From an uncultured Thermoplasmata archaeon (lineage in GTDB: Archaea; Thermoplasmatota; Thermoplasmata; Lutacidiplasmatales; UBA184): 64,000 nt of DNA. The translations under genes and the position numbers were made by a program. Positions 16,755-26,106 of this stretch are shown piece after piece. The notes below the pieces were generated by a model. That model ran no database searches. It worked only from the letters and a program-made list of their open reading frames with translations, and was not told the origin of the DNA. Where the stretch lies: assembly GCA_963749235.1 (NCBI GenBank), contig CAVVLV010000001.1, forward strand, positions 410,989 to 474,988, given 5' to 3'. Within the stretch, counting starts at the first letter, position 1. Each line of letters opens with the position of its first letter.

Positions 16755-17307
16755 CCGGTCTCCACGGGAGAGACCCGCGATGTTCGTCGGTCAGTGCGCG
16801 CGGTGCGGGATTCCGGCCACGCTCGGGTGTACGATCTGCGGGCGGACGTTCTGCCGCGGCTGTCTCGACGCCGACGAGCGACTCTGTTCGGATTGTCTGC
16901 AGTCCCAGCGCCAGACCAAGAACCCTGTCGAAGCCCGGGCGCCGCCCTCCCGTCGGATCGTCCGGCCGCCCAGCGCCCCCGGTCGGGTCTAGGTACTCGA
17001 CGCCGGGGAGTACCAGGGGACCGCCCGGGGTGGCGCGGCCGACCCCGAGAAGGACGACCCCCATCGCTCCGGTCACGAGACCGAAGCCGAGGACCGCCCA
17101 CGCATACTCGCCGAAATTGGGACCGATATGGACGCCGAACACCGTGGCGGGCGAGGTCCGCGCGGCCCAATGGAGCGCTACGTTGACGACCACGCCGAAG
17201 ACCCATCCCATGGCGATGAGGATCCCACCGGCAACGAAGTACCCTGCGCGCTCGTCCCCGCCCGGGTTCTCCGGCGGGGTGGCGGGGGCCTCTTGCAGGT
17301 CGTCCAC
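16729..17307 (-). CDS. Hypothetical membrane protein (2 TM) - 3' extent uncertain, overlaps zinc-ribbon ORF on opposite strand
   Basis: Hydrophobic helices YFVAGGILIAMGWVFGVVVNVAL and AWAVLGFGLVTGAMGVVLLGV; C-terminal 100 aa low-complexity, possibly artefactual. Confidence 0.3.
   Translation of the reverse strand: MDDLQEAPATPPENPGGDERAGYFVAGGILIAMGWVFGVVVNVALHWAARTSPATVFGVHIGPNFGEYAWAVLGFGLVTGAMGVVLLGVGRATPGGPLVLPGVEYLDPTGGAGRPDDPTGGRRPGFDRVLGLALGLQTIRTESLVGVETAAAERPPADRTPERGRNPAPRALTDEHRGSLPWRPVSRELRSF
16780..16992 (+). CDS. Small zinc-ribbon protein (8 Cys in four CxxC pairs)
   Basis: CARCG...CTICG...CRGC...CSDC spacing typical of a double zinc ribbon; overlaps an antisense ORF. Confidence 0.45.
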   Translation: MFVGQCARCGIPATLGCTICGRTFCRGCLDADERLCSDCLQSQRQTKNPVEARAPPSRRIVRPPSAPGRV

Positions 17308-17381
17308 GAGGGCGCGACCGGGCCGGCCGATTATGAGGTTTTGGGAAGGCGCTGCGGCGTGGGGGGGCCGGGCAGCGCGGG

Positions 17382-18005
17382 GTGGTCGGACGCTTTATTT
17401 CGGACGCCCCCGTCCTCCGGACGTCGCTCATGACGCCGCCCGATCCCCCCCGGGAAGTGACGTACCGCGCTGCCACCCTTGCGGACGCCGCGCGGCTCGC
17501 CGACGTCCATCTCCGCTCGGTGCTGGTCGCCGACCGCGGCGTCTCCTCCGAGGACCAGCTCGCGCGTCTCTCCGAGCAATTGGTCGAGCGCGAAGGGCGA
17601 TGGCGCGAGCAGCTCGCCGCACGTCCGGAGGAGCCCGTGCTGGTGGCGGAGCAACCGCCCCTCGGGATCATCGGCTATGCGGTCGGCGCCGCCACCCGCA
17701 AGCCGAGCTTCGGATACGATGGTGAGCTCGTCTCGATCTACCTGCTCCCCGAGTTCCAGCACCGGGGGATCGGACGGGAGCTCGTGCGCCGAATGGTTCG
17801 GACCCTCTATGAACGGGGGTTCGAGCGAGTGCTCGTCCGGGTGCTCACGGCGAACTCGGCTCGTCACTTCTACGAGCGACTCGCGGCGTACCCGATCGGG
17901 GTGACGAAAGTGACCGTCGGAGAGCTGGAACTCGAGGAGAGCCTCTACGGATGGCCGGATGCCGCCCGGGCGTTCGAGGCGAAATCGAGCCCGACCGGCG
18001 TCTAG
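17382..18005 (+). CDS. GNAT-family N-acetyltransferase
   Basis: Acetyl-CoA binding motif QHRGIGRELVRRMV and GNAT core. Confidence 0.7.
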   Translation: MVGRFISDAPVLRTSLMTPPDPPREVTYRAATLADAARLADVHLRSVLVADRGVSSEDQLARLSEQLVEREGRWREQLAARPEEPVLVAEQPPLGIIGYAVGAATRKPSFGYDGELVSIYLLPEFQHRGIGRELVRRMVRTLYERGFERVLVRVLTANSARHFYERLAAYPIGVTKVTVGELELEESLYGWPDAARAFEAKSSPTGV

Positions 18006-18301
18006 CCGAAACCGGTGATCGCCTTGGGGTCGCGGGGACCGCCGGGCCGCATCGGCGCCTTGCGAAGCTCCTTCGGGCACTCGACGAGCCGTACGAGCGG
18101 GGCGGACTGCACGATGTACGCCGGGAGCCCCGTGTTCGGGTCGTTCCCCGCGCGCAGGATGTTCATGATCTCGAGACGGATCTCCACGATCGACCCGTCC
18201 TTCAACTTCAAGCGGACCCGACCGTCCCCCTCCAGCACGCTGTAGTCGACGATCTCGGCGTTCGCGAGGTCCGGCGGAGGACCGCCGGGGTTGCCCATCA
18301 T
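18002..18301 (-). CDS. Hypothetical 99-aa protein occupying the position where rpl1 normally follows rpl11
   Basis: 4-nt overlap with rpl11 stop (translational coupling geometry); no recognised motif. Confidence 0.45.
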   Translation of the reverse strand: MMGNPGGPPPDLANAEIVDYSVLEGDGRVRLKLKDGSIVEIRLEIMNILRAGNDPNTGLPAYIVQSAPLVRLVECPKELRKAPMRPGGPRDPKAITGFG

Positions 18302-18765
18302 CGAGCGCCCCGAGCCGCGATACGCTCCTTGAGCAGCGTTCGCGGGTCTTGGCCGCCGACCGTGATGCCGAGGGAGACGCAGCTGCCGATCACCTGATTG
18401 GCCCGCTCCTCGTCCGTGCGGCCCTCGAGGTCGTCCCCCTTCGCTTCCGCGATCCGCTTGATGGCGGCGAGCGAGACGTCCCCGATGGTCTCGGTCTTCG
18501 GCTTGCCCGAGCCCTTCTCCTTCTTGGCCTCCTTCAACAGGAGGGCCGCCACGGGGGGCCGACCGACGACGAGCGTGAACGCGCGAGTGTTCGGGTCGAC
18601 CCGGATGATCACCGGCACGCGCATGCCGGCGAACTGCTTGGTCTCCTCGTTGATCTTCGTGACGACCTGGCCGACGTTGACGCCGAGCGGGCCCAAGGCC
18701 GAGCCCAGCGTCGCTCCGGCCGCCGCCTTGCCGCCTTCCACCAGGACGCTGACCTCAACTGCCAC
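18298..18765 (-). CDS. rpl11: 50S ribosomal protein L11
   Basis: Full-length match to L11 (PVIIRVDP...GSGKPK...IAE.K..DL). Confidence 0.9.
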   Translation of the reverse strand: MAVEVSVLVEGGKAAAGATLGSALGPLGVNVGQVVTKINEETKQFAGMRVPVIIRVDPNTRAFTLVVGRPPVAALLLKEAKKEKGSGKPKTETIGDVSLAAIKRIAEAKGDDLEGRTDEERANQVIGSCVSLGITVGGQDPRTLLKERIAARGAR

Positions 18766-19762
18766 CTTTCGAACCTCCCCGTTCCAGCATGCGGACGTGG
18801 TCGCCCCGGACCGTGACCGGGATCGGCACGACCGCTTCGATGAGCTCCACCGTGATCTCCTCCTTGGCCTGGTCGATCTTCTTGACGCGGGCCTTCTCGC
18901 CCTTGAACGGTCCCGATATCAGCTCGACGATCGCGCCCTCCACGAACCCTTCGACGGTGATCTTGGGCACGAGGAGCGGCTCGACCTCCTTGAGCGTCGT
19001 CTCCCCTTCGACGAGGCCGCGGGCTTTGCGGATCCCTTTCAGCATCTCGCGGACCGCCTCGAAGCTCATCCCTTCCGCGAAGACGTACCCGCGGAGCGAG
19101 CTCGGGACGAGGAGCGCGAACACGACGTCCGGCTTCTCCTCCGTCCGGGCAAGCAGGGTGTCGGCGACCTCCCGCTCGTAGCCGCGCGAAGTCTTGATCG
19201 CGAGCACGGCCTGGCGGGCGACGCAGGCGAGCGTGAGCAGGATCGGGTTCCCATCGTCCTCGAGCTCCGCGGCGAGGCGGACCTCCACGCGGTCCCCGTA
19301 TCGCACGCCCACGGGCGCCGTGACCTCGAACGAGAGCGGCACACCCTGGTTCGGTTGGAGCGGGACGGAGTGGGTCTCCTTGCGCGGGAACAATTCGGTC
19401 AGATGCCGCTTCCCCGGAGGCGACCATCGCACGGGCCACTCGGCCCCCTCGTCCGGGTAGGTCGACGTGTAGCCGATCTCGATCGTCAGCTTCGCAACCG
19501 TGGGACCGGGGAGACGGCTCGTGAGCACGGCGGAGAGGGTCGTAATGAGGCCGGCGGTGACGTTGCGCACGGTATCGTCCGCGGCCTGGAGCGAGAGGAA
19601 GGCCCGGCTGTCGTGCTTCGGCGTCGCGGCCGGGGCGGCCGGTGTCGGGGCGGCGGGCGCGACCGCGGTCGGGGTCGCCGCGGGCTTTTTCGCGGCCTCC
19701 GGCGGCGTGCCGGAAAGGAGGCCGATCTCCTCCTCGTTCGCTCGGCCTGCCATGTTCCCCAC
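18755..19762 (-). CDS. spt5: Transcription elongation factor Spt5 (NusG homolog) with unusual ~185-aa Ala/Pro-rich N-terminal extension
   Basis: NGN domain VLAIKTSRGYEREVADTLLARTEE...VFALLVPSSLRGYVFAEG and KOW motif GPFKGEKARVKKID in the C-terminal 150 aa; ORF fills the whole gap to secE. Confidence 0.75.
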   Translation of the reverse strand: MGNMAGRANEEEIGLLSGTPPEAAKKPAATPTAVAPAAPTPAAPAATPKHDSRAFLSLQAADDTVRNVTAGLITTLSAVLTSRLPGPTVAKLTIEIGYTSTYPDEGAEWPVRWSPPGKRHLTELFPRKETHSVPLQPNQGVPLSFEVTAPVGVRYGDRVEVRLAAELEDDGNPILLTLACVARQAVLAIKTSRGYEREVADTLLARTEEKPDVVFALLVPSSLRGYVFAEGMSFEAVREMLKGIRKARGLVEGETTLKEVEPLLVPKITVEGFVEGAIVELISGPFKGEKARVKKIDQAKEEITVELIEAVVPIPVTVRGDHVRMLERGGSKGGS

Positions 19763-19765
19763 CGT

Positions 19766-20008
19766 CTACAGGGTCGACAGGCCGGCCCAGAGCCACGGCC
19801 CGACCTGGTTGAAGAAGATGTACAGCATGAATCCCGTGGAACCGATCAGGATCGCGCCGAGAAACGTGATCCCGAGGACCTTGACGTACTCCTCCGAGGT
19901 CGGCCGACGGGCCATCCGGAGGATGCGGCCGTACTTGCCGTGGCCGAAGGTGCGCAGGCGACCGTCGAAGTCGTCTTGCGCACGGCGAGCGCGGTCGAGG
20001 AATGCCAT
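19766..20008 (-). CDS. secE: Preprotein translocase subunit SecE / Sec61-gamma
   Basis: 80 aa, single C-terminal TM GITFLGAILIGSTGFMLYIFF; conserved position between ftsZ and spt5. Confidence 0.7.
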   Translation of the reverse strand: MAFLDRARRAQDDFDGRLRTFGHGKYGRILRMARRPTSEEYVKVLGITFLGAILIGSTGFMLYIFFNQVGPWLWAGLSTL

Positions 20009-20014
20009 GGTACC

Positions 20015-21170
20015 CTAGTGTACGACGTCCAATTCGGGGCCCGACTTGCGGCCCGGACCCGACGGCGCCGACGACCCCCCGAAAATCTGGGGGGATTTAA
20101 CTCCGGTCACCACCAGCATCACGCGGATGGTGCTCTGCATCGTGGGATCGACGGCTGCACCCCAGATGATGCGGGCGGTCGGGCTGATCGTCTTCTGCAC
20201 GACCTCCGCCGCCTTCTGGGCCTCGCTGACGGTCATGTCGGGGCCGCCGGTGACGTTGATGAGGGCCCCGGTGGCTCCCGCGATGTCGACCCGGAGGAGC
20301 GGGGAGTGGATCGCCTCCATGACCGCATCCTCGGCCCGGTTCTCGCTCTCGGACTCTCCGATCCCGATGAGGGCGACGCCGCCGCCCTTCATGATCGTCC
20401 GGAGGTCGTTGAAGTCCAGGTTGACCAGCCCCGGCCGCGTGATGATCTCGGTGATCCCGCGAATGGCGCGGGCGAGGACCGAGTCGGCGACCTTGAACGC
20501 GGTCTGGATCGGGAGCCGGGGAACGAGCTCGAGCAGGCGGTCGTTCGGGATCGTGATGACCGTGTCGATGGTGGAGCGGAGTTTTTCCAACCCCCACATC
20601 GCGTTCTCGTTGCGGACGAGCCCCTCGGAGGCGAACGGGAGCGTGCAGACGGCGATCGTGAGCGGGTTCCCCCCGTTCGCGTCCTTCGCCGCCTGCGCGA
20701 CCACCGAGGCGGACCCCGTACCGGTCCCGCCGCCGAGCCCGAGCGTGATGAACACCATGTCGGAGTTGGCGAGCGCCTTCTTGATCTCGTCCTCCGCTTC
20801 GCGCGCGGCCTGCTCGCCGACCTGCGGCAGAGCGCCGGCCCCGAGTCCGCGGGTCAAGCGACGGCCCAAGAGGATCTTCTTCGGAGCATGGATCGCGAGG
20901 AGGTGCTGGGCGTCGGTGTTGCAGGCGATCATATCGGCGCCCGACAGACCCTCCTCGGCGAGCCGGTTGATCGTGTTGCAGCCGCCGCCACCGCAGCCCA
21001 CGACCTTGATGTTGGTCTTGAGGGACGCGAGGACCGCCTCGAGCTCGGCGTCGTCGTTCGTGGGCGGAGGCGGTTCGGGCCCTCGACGGGTCTCTCCGGG
21101 CAGATGAGCCAGAATTTCCTGGGCGAGCGGTCGCGTCACGCGGTTCCTCGCCGGCGGGAGCAGGGACCCC
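20015..21170 (-). CDS. ftsZ: Cell division GTPase FtsZ (start at 21170 or up to 21262)
   Basis: Tubulin signature GGGTGTGSA, VVGCGGGGCN, T7 loop. Confidence 0.9.
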
Positions 21171-21171
21171 A

Positions 21172-21179
21172 TTATAAAG
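21172..21179 (+). promoter_or_regulatory. TATA box (TTATAAAG) ~23 nt upstream of the MptE-like gene start; overlaps ftsZ 5' end
   Basis: Isolated AT-rich octamer in GC-rich context at the divergent ftsZ/mptE junction. Confidence 0.4.
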
Positions 21180-21201
21180 CGTTGGCCGGGTTTGCGCCGC
21201 C

Positions 21202-22353
21202 GTGGAGTATTCCGACTGGGCCCCCTACTACGCGCGCATCCGCGTGCAGCTCGGCCTCCCATTCGACCGGGAAGAGGCCGCCCTGGCCGGCTTGAAGCGG
21301 GTCCTTCCGAAGGCCGCCCTCGAACGGCCGCTCGAGCGTATCGGTCGAAAGTTGGCCGGTCGGGAGGTCGTCATCGTCGGGCTCGCCCCCGGCGCCGGGC
21401 CGCCCCCCCTCTGGCGACGTCCCGCCGGAGCGGATCCCCTCGCGGTGGTCGCGGCCGACGGGGCAACCTCGACGTGTTTGACTGCGGGGATCGTGCCGGA
21501 CGTGGTCGTCACCGACCTGGACGGCCCCATCCCGGCCGAGGTCGCGGCGAACCAGCGCGGGAGCGTGGTCGTCGTGCATGCCCACGGGGACAACCAGGGC
21601 GCCGTCGCCGAGTGGGTCCCCCAATTCCCGGGGGAGCTCGTGGGCTCTTGGGCGGGTCCCCCCGGCGGGGGAGTCATCGACGTCGGCGGATTCACGGACG
21701 GGGACCGGGCCGTCTTCCTCGCCGAGCACGTGGGCGCCCGCCGCATCCTGCTCTGGGGGTTCGACTTCCTCCGGGTCGATGAACCCGACCGGGCGATCCG
21801 AACCCGGAAGCGGGTGAAGCTCGCCTGGGCCCAGCGCTTGGTCGGGGCCCTCGCGCGGCAGGGCCACGTCCCGATCTCGATGTGGGCGAAGGACGGAACG
21901 CTCGCGCCCTATCCGACCGGGATCGCCGAGCGCGACGACCAGGTAGACGACGTTCGAGCCGTCCTCGTACAGCGGCACGAAGGGCATCTCTTCGAGCCAC
22001 TGGATCGCTGCCGCGCTCAGGGGCGCGGCCGAATCCGACGGGTTGAGCGCCACGCCGCCGTACATGACCGAGTCCACAGCCACGAGGTCGATCGGTCGAT
22101 CCACGTAGGGGGTGCCCGAACTTCGCAGTTCGGCATAGGCGGTCGCCGACTGCCCCGGAGTTCCGGTGAAGAGCACGGGCGTCGTGGTCCACGTGGCCGG
22201 ATTTCCGTCAAATCCGAAGATCGCGGACGAGAGTCGATGGTCGGTCGCGACGCTCCATGTCGCCGGAGCCGCAATGCCGACCCACATCCAGAGTGCCATG
22301 TCGCCGTGGGTCATCCCTTCCTCGAACCCTCCGAGGAACGCCTGGGGGGATAG
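21202..22353 (+). CDS. MptE-like (DUF115) 6-hydroxymethylpterin diphosphokinase family protein; C-terminal extent uncertain (functional domain ~21202-21950)
   Basis: Motifs VVIVGLAPGAG, AADGATS, PDVVVTDLDGP, VVHAHGDN. Confidence 0.55.
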   Translation: MEYSDWAPYYARIRVQLGLPFDREEAALAGLKRVLPKAALERPLERIGRKLAGREVVIVGLAPGAGPPPLWRRPAGADPLAVVAADGATSTCLTAGIVPDVVVTDLDGPIPAEVAANQRGSVVVVHAHGDNQGAVAEWVPQFPGELVGSWAGPPGGGVIDVGGFTDGDRAVFLAEHVGARRILLWGFDFLRVDEPDRAIRTRKRVKLAWAQRLVGALARQGHVPISMWAKDGTLAPYPTGIAERDDQVDDVRAVLVQRHEGHLFEPLDRCRAQGRGRIRRVERHAAVHDRVHSHEVDRSIHVGGARTSQFGIGGRRLPRSSGEEHGRRGPRGRISVKSEDRGRESMVGRDAPCRRSRNADPHPECHVAVGHPFLEPSEERLGG

Positions 22354-23792
22354 ACGATCGCCGCATTCGCCGCGACGATGACCACGATCCCCAATGCCCC
22401 GGCGAGAGCTGCCCGCCGACCGACCGAGCGGTCGAGGCGGGAGACGAGCCGCGCCGCACCGACCGCGGCGACGAGACCGACGGGGATCAGGATGTACTCG
22501 ACATGACGGGATGCCGGGATGGCGGCCGTGAAACCTTGGAAGGAGGGACCCAACCCGGAGGCGAGGAGGGCGACCATGGCGGAAAGACCGAGGACGCCGG
22601 CCCACGTCAAAGCGAACAGTCCGAGGCGGGAAGTGGTCAAGAGACGACGACTTCCGGCGCACAGCACCCCGAGGCCGAGGACGGGGACGAACCACAGGAT
22701 CGCTTCCGGCTGGGTTCGCTGCGTGGTGCCCGGAAGGGGGAACACGAGAAGCGCCGCGATCCCAACAAACACCACGACCGCGAGGATCCCGGCGTCGCGC
22801 AGCAGGCTCCGGTCGGTCGGCAAACGCACCCAGGATCGTCGCGCGGCGTAGTGTCGCCGACGAAGATGGATCAGGAATCCCGAGACCAGGAGCGCCGCGA
22901 CCAGGGCCGCCTCCAGTCCACCGAAGCCGACCCACGCACTCTGCGCGAGGCCCGGCAAGAGCACTTTGGCGACGAACGAGTAGGTGCCGTAGAACCAGAA
23001 GGCGAAGGTCGCCGTGACGAACCCGCCCAGGAAGACGAGTTCGCGCGTCGGGAAGCGTTTGCTCCACAGGCCCGGGTGCCACAGCTCGAGCAGGAGGAGC
23101 CCGCCGAGCGCCCCGATGACGAAGAAGTAGGTCGACAGGTGGTGGGTGATGATGAGCGCGCCCCCGGTAAGGGCGAGCGGAAAATACCATCGCACGTCCC
23201 GCCGACTCTCGAGGAACATCCAGAGGGCCGCGACCGCGAGAAAGTCCCCGAGGGCGAGCGGCGCCGGGTGGGCGATGGAGAACAGTCTCGGCATCGCGAC
23301 CGAGCCGAGCGCGGCGGCGAGGAGAGCCACCGAGTCGTGAGGATAGAGCCGGCGGAAGAGCAGAAACAGCGGGAAGACCGAGAGCACGGCGACGACGGGG
23401 ATCACGACCGTGAGCGCGGAGAACGCGTCGAGACCGAGAGCGCCCCCGCTCGCGCCCGCGAGGAGGTAGATCCCGGGGAAATCCGGATACGCGCTTCCCC
23501 ACCCACCATACGCCGCGCCGTGGGGGATCGAGCCCGTCGACATCAGCGCCGCGGTGAGGGTGTAGTACTCTCCCGAGTCGGAGCCGAAGAGGGCATAGGA
23601 GAGGTACGGTTCGAGCGCGAGGAAGACGAGGAGGAGCGCGAGCCCGAGAAGGAGGATCGCGATCTCCGGACGTACCGGGGGAGCGTCCCCGTCGGAGCCC
23701 CGTTCCCGCGGGGAGGGGTGCGGGGACGACGCCGGTGCCATCGGGACCCCCACACGACCGGCCGTCAAAAATCGTCCCGCTCCATCGGTCAC
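22311..23792 (-). CDS. Polytopic integral membrane protein (~12 TM), possible GT-C-fold glycosyltransferase (PMT/ArnT-like)
   Basis: Repeated hydrophobic helices throughout; no soluble domains; family assignment is inference. Confidence 0.45.
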   Translation of the reverse strand: MTDGAGRFLTAGRVGVPMAPASSPHPSPRERGSDGDAPPVRPEIAILLLGLALLLVFLALEPYLSYALFGSDSGEYYTLTAALMSTGSIPHGAAYGGWGSAYPDFPGIYLLAGASGGALGLDAFSALTVVIPVVAVLSVFPLFLLFRRLYPHDSVALLAAALGSVAMPRLFSIAHPAPLALGDFLAVAALWMFLESRRDVRWYFPLALTGGALIITHHLSTYFFVIGALGGLLLLELWHPGLWSKRFPTRELVFLGGFVTATFAFWFYGTYSFVAKVLLPGLAQSAWVGFGGLEAALVAALLVSGFLIHLRRRHYAARRSWVRLPTDRSLLRDAGILAVVVFVGIAALLVFPLPGTTQRTQPEAILWFVPVLGLGVLCAGSRRLLTTSRLGLFALTWAGVLGLSAMVALLASGLGPSFQGFTAAIPASRHVEYILIPVGLVAAVGAARLVSRLDRSVGRRAALAGALGIVVIVAANAAIVYPPRRSSEGSRKG

Positions 23793-23867
23793 CGCCGGTG
23801 GCGCATCCTCCCACGGCCGTACCTCTAAATAGGGGGGCTTGGTGCGGCCGATTCAAGGCGTTCTCCG

Positions 23868-24245
23868 ATGGCTCCGTCTCGTTCCTCGAAAACCGCCGCC
23901 CGGACCTCGAAGCCGGCCGCGAAAAAGTCCGTCCGACCGGCCCCCAAGGCCGCCGTGCGCAAGCCTACCCCTAGCCCCTCGAAGAAGGCGCCCCCGCCCA
24001 AGCTCGCCATAAAGAAGCCCGCGCCGAAGGAGAAGGCACCCGCCGCGCCCGCGCCCCCTCCCATCCCGGAGATCCGTCGGACCGACGGCCGGAGGCACCT
24101 CCTCTCCCTTTCGTTCGTTCGCGACGGCGACGAGTTCCTCGCCCGGATGGAGACCGACAGCGGTCACATCACCGAGCTCAAGAACCGGGCCCTCGACCAA
24201 CTCCTGACCCTCGTGGCCGGCGAACTCGAAGACCTCCTCGAGTAA
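23868..24245 (+). CDS. Small basic protein with Lys/Ala/Pro-rich histone-H1-like N-terminal tail + ~55-aa C-terminal domain
   Basis: AKKSVRPAPKAAVRKPTPSPSKKAPPPKLAIKKPAPKEKAPAAP; TATA-like TCTAAATAG ~40 nt upstream. Confidence 0.4.
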   Translation: MAPSRSSKTAARTSKPAAKKSVRPAPKAAVRKPTPSPSKKAPPPKLAIKKPAPKEKAPAAPAPPPIPEIRRTDGRRHLLSLSFVRDGDEFLARMETDSGHITELKNRALDQLLTLVAGELEDLLE

Positions 24246-24265
24246 CCGGATCCGAGGTTCGTTCC

Positions 24266-24781
24266 CTACTCCGGGTCGAACAGGCCGGACTCGACCTCAT
24301 AGGCCCGCCGGCGGCCCAGCTGATCGGTGATCTCGACGAGGTCCACGGCCCGGGTCGAAAGGACGCCGTCGGGGAAGTGCTTCACGACCCGGGGAGCGAG
24401 TCCGGAAAGGGGCCCGAACGTCCGCCGGGTCCCCCATCTCCCGATGACCACGACCTCCTGCTCACCAACCTCCACGTACCGGGGAGCGGGGGAGAGGGCG
24501 AAGATCGCGCTGCCGATGATCAGGAGCGCTGCGACCGCGAGGAACAGTTCGAGACCCTGCTCCACGCCCGGGTGGCTCGCCTCCGCGGATGCGAGGTCGA
24601 GCGCGGTGAGGACCAGCGTCAGGGCGAGGACGACGGTCACGTAGACGATGGTGGTGCGGACCGCTCGCTGCGTGCCCGCCCGATTGGGTCGTCGCCCCGA
24701 AATCGCCGCAGGCCTGACGACCTCGACCCGAGGACGCTCCCCGCGGGAACGTGGAATGCGGACAGCGCGCGGTCCCGACAC
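24266..24781 (-). CDS. Membrane protein (2 TM) with cytoplasmic beta-rich (bPH-like) domain
   Basis: Helices IVYVTVVLALTLVLTAL and LFLAVAALLIIGSAIFAL followed by a soluble domain. Confidence 0.4.
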   Translation of the reverse strand: MSGPRAVRIPRSRGERPRVEVVRPAAISGRRPNRAGTQRAVRTTIVYVTVVLALTLVLTALDLASAEASHPGVEQGLELFLAVAALLIIGSAIFALSPAPRYVEVGEQEVVVIGRWGTRRTFGPLSGLAPRVVKHFPDGVLSTRAVDLVEITDQLGRRRAYEVESGLFDPE

Positions 24782-24853
24782 GGGCCCTGACTGGTCGAGG
24801 GGGGTGGGGCACCCTTAAAACTAGTGGTCCTCGGCGGACCGCGCCCACCCGTC

Positions 24854-25963
24854 CTACGTAATGAGGGCCGCGTCGATCGGTGCGGCCGACGGGGCAACGG
24901 GCCGGGGCAGCGGTTTCGAAAGGTCGACGAGGGGAACCTTTCGGGCGATCTCCCTCGCCATCGCGGAACAGGAGGAGGGCGGGACCGGGTGCGCCGTGTA
25001 CCCCGGTAGGGCGAGGTCGTAGGTGACGACCTTCTTCTCGGCGATGGTCTCCCATACGGCCCGGAAGACGCGGTCGGCCGCCTCCCGCTGGCCGATGTGA
25101 CGAAGAAGGAGTTCGAGGCAAAGGATCTCGGCGACCGGGTCGGCCTTGTCCTGGCCGGCATACTTGGGCGCCGAACCGTGGACGGGTTCGAAGACGGCGA
25201 GCGTGTCGCCGTAGAGGGCTCCGGGGGCCACGCCCAGCCCCCCGGCGAGGCCGGCGCACAGGTCGGACAGGATGTCGCCCATGAGGTTGGTCGTGATGAT
25301 GACGTCGTACTCCTCGGGCTTCTTGACGAGCTGCATGCACATGTTGTCGATCAAGCGCTCGTCGGCCGTGATGTCCGGATACTTCGCGGCCATCTCCCGG
25401 AACGCGGTCTGGAACAGCGCCCCGGTGGTTTTCATGATGTTCGCCTTGTGGACCCCCGTGACGTGGCGCCGATGTTCGCGCCGGGCCATCTCGAACCCGA
25501 ACTTGCAGATCCGGTCGCTCGCCTTCCGCGTGATCACGTTGACCGTCTCGGCGGCCGAATGCTCCCGGTCGACCCAGTGCTCGACCCCCGAGTAGAGGCC
25601 CTCGGTCGCCTCCCGGACGACGATCAGGTCGGTCTCCGGGAATCGGGTCCCCTCCCCGGCGATCGAACGGGCCGGTCGGACGGAGGCGTAGAGGTCCAGT
25701 TCCTGGCGGAGCGCGACGTTGACCGATCGGAATCCGCCCCCGATCGGGGTCGTGATGGGGCCCTTGAGCGCGAGCCGGTTCTTCCGGACCGAATCCAAGA
25801 CGGCGGGAGGAAGCGGAGTTCCGGTCGCCTTGATGGCCGCTTCACCGGCGTCGACGACCTCCCAATCGATCGAGACCCCGGTCGCCTCCGCCACCAACTG
25901 CGCCGCGCGCGTGACTTCAGGCCCGATCCCGTCACCGGGAATCAACGTCACGCGAGTCCCCAT
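24854..25963 (-). CDS. Isocitrate/3-isopropylmalate dehydrogenase family enzyme
   Basis: N-terminal LIPGDGIGPEV, substrate-binding SVNVALRQ..DLY, metal-binding DN(M/L)..Q blocks. Confidence 0.8.
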   Translation of the reverse strand: MGTRVTLIPGDGIGPEVTRAAQLVAEATGVSIDWEVVDAGEAAIKATGTPLPPAVLDSVRKNRLALKGPITTPIGGGFRSVNVALRQELDLYASVRPARSIAGEGTRFPETDLIVVREATEGLYSGVEHWVDREHSAAETVNVITRKASDRICKFGFEMARREHRRHVTGVHKANIMKTTGALFQTAFREMAAKYPDITADERLIDNMCMQLVKKPEEYDVIITTNLMGDILSDLCAGLAGGLGVAPGALYGDTLAVFEPVHGSAPKYAGQDKADPVAEILCLELLLRHIGQREAADRVFRAVWETIAEKKVVTYDLALPGYTAHPVPPSSCSAMAREIARKVPLVDLSKPLPRPVAPSAAPIDAALIT

Positions 25964-26044
25964 CGGAGTCTCCGGGGGCGTCGGAGCTTTCGGCGGATTT
26001 AAGGAACCCGCCGACCCCGAGCCGTAGGACTTCCGTCCTCCCAC

Positions 26045-26106
26045 CGTTCACTTGCCGATTTTGTGTTTAATCAGTATTCTTATACAACTTAGTAATACAA
26101 TGTCCC
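26045..26106. promoter_or_regulatory. ~60-bp AT-rich island (promoter of the Orc1/Cdc6-like gene; divergent from IDH gene)
   Basis: TTGTGTTTAATCAGTATTCTTATACAACTTAGTAATACAATG stands out against ~67% GC background. Confidence 0.45.

Noticed and set aside
14963-17671. 902-aa minus-strand ORF antisense to gatE, the HAD hydrolase and the Zn-ribbon gene
   Set aside because: It is extremely Arg/Ser/Pro-rich with no domain, and it is antisense to conserved genes. This is a GC-driven artefact.
18398-21295. 965-aa plus-strand ORF antisense to rpl11, spt5, secE and ftsZ
   Set aside because: Shadow ORF of a highly conserved operon on the other strand.
21172-23856. 894-aa minus-strand ORF spanning ftsZ upstream, the MptE-like gene and the membrane-protein gene
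   Set aside because: Arg/Pro/Gly-rich low-complexity translation typical of antisense/shadow ORFs in ~67% GC DNA. It overlaps two better-supported genes.
26045-26106. Replication origin call at the AT-rich island upstream of the Orc1/Cdc6-like gene
   Set aside because: It is only ~60 bp and I could not identify ORB or mini-ORB repeats by eye, so I kept it as promoter or regulatory with a note rather than an origin.
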